Source: a virus (lineage: Duplodnaviria; Heunggongvirae; Uroviricota; Caudoviricetes). Taken from it: DNA of 64,000 bases. The notes under the pieces are model-generated. The model searched no databases. It saw nothing but the letters and a program-made list of their open reading frames with translations, and had not been told where the DNA came from. The stretch is taken from IMG/VR virus record IMGVR_UViG_3300030294_000003, one strand, 5' to 3'. Made by a program: the position numbers and the translations under genes. Each line of letters starts with the position of its first letter. Positions within the stretch are counted from its first letter, which is position 1. This document shows, one piece after another, positions 62,948-64,000 of the stretch.

Positions 62948-63348
62948 TAGAACTAATAATATTTATAGGACTTATCTTGGTGATCTCTTGGTATGGTGTT
63001 AAAGTATCAATAGGTGGTGCAAGTTTTGAAATATTTCCAATTAAACGATTTTTTACTAAATTAAATGTGATTAAAATACAAAAAAAAGTAAACAAACAAG
63101 CTATTAGCGATGTACAAATGGGTGATTTCGGTAGATGGCTTGAAAAAAATTATGTTGGAGAATTTAATATTTATAACACAACAATCACACCACCGAAAAA
63201 ATTAGAAATATCAGATTTAATCGAAATATATAAAAAAGAAGTATTAAACTATAATGATACTTGCCCATTTTGTAATTCAAAACACCTTCACTCATTTGTA
63301 TTAAAACACACGAAATGTAAATCCTGTGACCAAATGTGGACTGATTAA
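62944..63348 (+). CDS. membrane-anchored zinc-ribbon protein
   Basis: 134 aa with an N-terminal TM helix and a C-terminal CPFC..CKSC. Confidence 0.5.
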   Translation: MIELIIFIGLILVISWYGVKVSIGGASFEIFPIKRFFTKLNVIKIQKKVNKQAISDVQMGDFGRWLEKNYVGEFNIYNTTITPPKKLEISDLIEIYKKEVLNYNDTCPFCNSKHLHSFVLKHTKCKSCDQMWTD

Positions 63349-63358
63349 ATTATATGAT

Positions 63359-63413
63359 ATTTGTTAAAATATTTTGATATATCAATTAAATTATTTACTT
63401 TTGTCACATAAAA
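63359..63413 (+). promoter_or_regulatory. promoter cassette P45 (-7 variant TACTTTTG 63396-63403)
   Basis: The only main-type cassette in the last 18 kb. Confidence 0.4.
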
Positions 63414-63436
63414 TAAATTATAAAAAAATAAATATT

Positions 63437-63619
63437 ATGAGCGTAAGGACGACAGCAGATGATGCATTGGAAAATGCAAGAGAACACATATTAGATGCCT
63501 ATAAGTCATTATTGGTGGTTATTAATCCAGATACTTGGGGTTCTGATTGCTATTCCGTAGAATTTAATAAAAAAATTATGGATGCTATGAACCAATTAAA
63601 TGAATTAAGAAAATTATAA
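63437..63619 (+). CDS. hypothetical protein
   Basis: ATG at 63437 (the track's 63374 start lies inside the promoter cassette). The protein is 60 aa. Confidence 0.45.
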   Translation: MSVRTTADDALENAREHILDAYKSLLVVINPDTWGSDCYSVEFNKKIMDAMNQLNELRKL

Positions 63620-63621
63620 TA

Positions 63622-63843
63622 ATGAAAAATAATAATAATATTAAAACTGGAATAATCGATATTGATAATATATTATCAAATGGGATTAATCCAACTGAAT
63701 TAGAATTAATTATTGGCCCACCAACAGTTGGTATGAAACATATGTCAGTATATATGGAAAGAGCTAAAAGATTAATGAAGGAAGCTGGTATTGGCGTTAT
63801 TGAAACTAATACAGACCCAATTATAACTATCTGTAATGAATAA
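63622..63843 (+). CDS. hypothetical protein
   Basis: 73-aa ORF. Confidence 0.45.
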   Translation: MKNNNNIKTGIIDIDNILSNGINPTELELIIGPPTVGMKHMSVYMERAKRLMKEAGIGVIETNTDPIITICNE

Positions 63844-64000
63844 CGACACTATTAAAATATGTTTCATAGGGGACATCCACGGAAAATCTGTTTGGAAAAA
63901 ATTCATAAAAGATCCAACCATTAACTTTTTCGTGTTCTCTGGTGACTATGTTGATAATGATATGGGTATGGTTATTTCTGATGAAGAAATGATTGAAAAT
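63836..64000 (+). CDS. calcineurin-like (lambda PPase-type) metallophosphoesterase, 3' partial
   Basis: Begins MNNDTIKICFIGDIHGK, then FVFSGDYVDND (motifs GDxHG and GDxVDRG-like). The ORF runs off the window end. Confidence 0.55.
   Translation, partial: MNNDTIKICFIGDIHGKSVWKKFIKDPTINFFVFSGDYVDNDMGMVISDEEMIEN

Noticed and set aside
2028-63095. All minus-strand ORFs in the six-frame track (for example 2028-2213, 4246-4569, 13518-13706, 23682-24098, 29892-30155, 49575-49796, 62519-62734).
   Set aside because: Each is nested inside a well-supported + strand gene. They have Phe/Ile/Leu/Asn-rich low-complexity translations typical of the antisense of AT-rich coding DNA, and none has a promoter or coupling signal.
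1-64000. tRNA genes, CRISPR arrays and integrase or attachment sites.
   Set aside because: No T-arm-like GGTTCGAATCC-type sequences or cloverleaf-compatible segments were seen in the ORF-free regions (48278-48525, 53457-53746, 56295-56564). There are no regularly spaced direct repeats with unique spacers. The only reiterated element is the promoter cassette.

Overview
This window is AT-rich (roughly 30% GC by eye) and gene-dense. About 160 mostly small ORFs (median ~90 aa) all read on the + strand, with no rRNA, tRNA or CRISPR. Every minus-strand ORF in the six-frame track is nested inside a + strand gene and looks spurious.

The dominant signal is a reiterated ~55-90 bp intergenic cassette, present about 45 times: TTTAACAAATTyCATTTy, then ~13 nt, then GTTAAAnnnTATCTTTGyAtTAtCAA, then an A-rich leader (AATCAAATAAaACA). 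Its -7 box matches the Bacteroidota sigma-A consensus TAnnTTTG, preceded by a -33-like TTT(T/C). The upstream box usually overlaps the stop codon of the preceding gene.

Tiny unidirectional genes plus repeated promoters are the signature of a host-takeover region of a large virulent phage of a Bacteroidota (Flavobacteriia-like) host. Coordinates 1 to ~48,000 contain almost no recognisable domains. The exceptions are:
- a degenerate SpoT/Mesh1-like HD alarmone-hydrolase domain (39063-39491);
- a DUF262/ParB-Srx protein (44028-44876);
- an SPFH-like lipoprotein (31596-32423);
- a SEC-C zinc motif protein (12642-12923);
- several zinc ribbons;
- three paralogous gene pairs.

From ~48.3 kb the organisation changes. 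There are long ORF-free structured spacers, strong intrinsic terminators and a second promoter type (GTACATTTGTATCGAATT). The larger genes here are:
- a MORC-like GHKL ATPase as a stand-alone promoter-gene-terminator cassette (48526-50109);
- a 2H phosphoesterase (52705-53262);
- a 710-aa protein of unknown function behind a 30-bp perfect palindrome (53747-55879);
- a terminal cluster of an Rnl2-like RNA ligase, a GNAT, an FGase-like amidohydrolase and two calcineurin-like phosphoesterases (59688-64000).

This terminal cluster is a probable RNA end-healing and sealing (counter-defence) module with unexplained accessory enzymes.

Other recurring non-coding signals are:
- a GNRA-tetraloop terminator hairpin with covariation (3 copies);
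- a palindromic element TACTC-N4-GAGTA (7 copies) just upstream of start codons that lack the main cassette;
- an ORF-free structured ~230-nt region (56300-56530) ending in a strong terminator, a candidate ncRNA.
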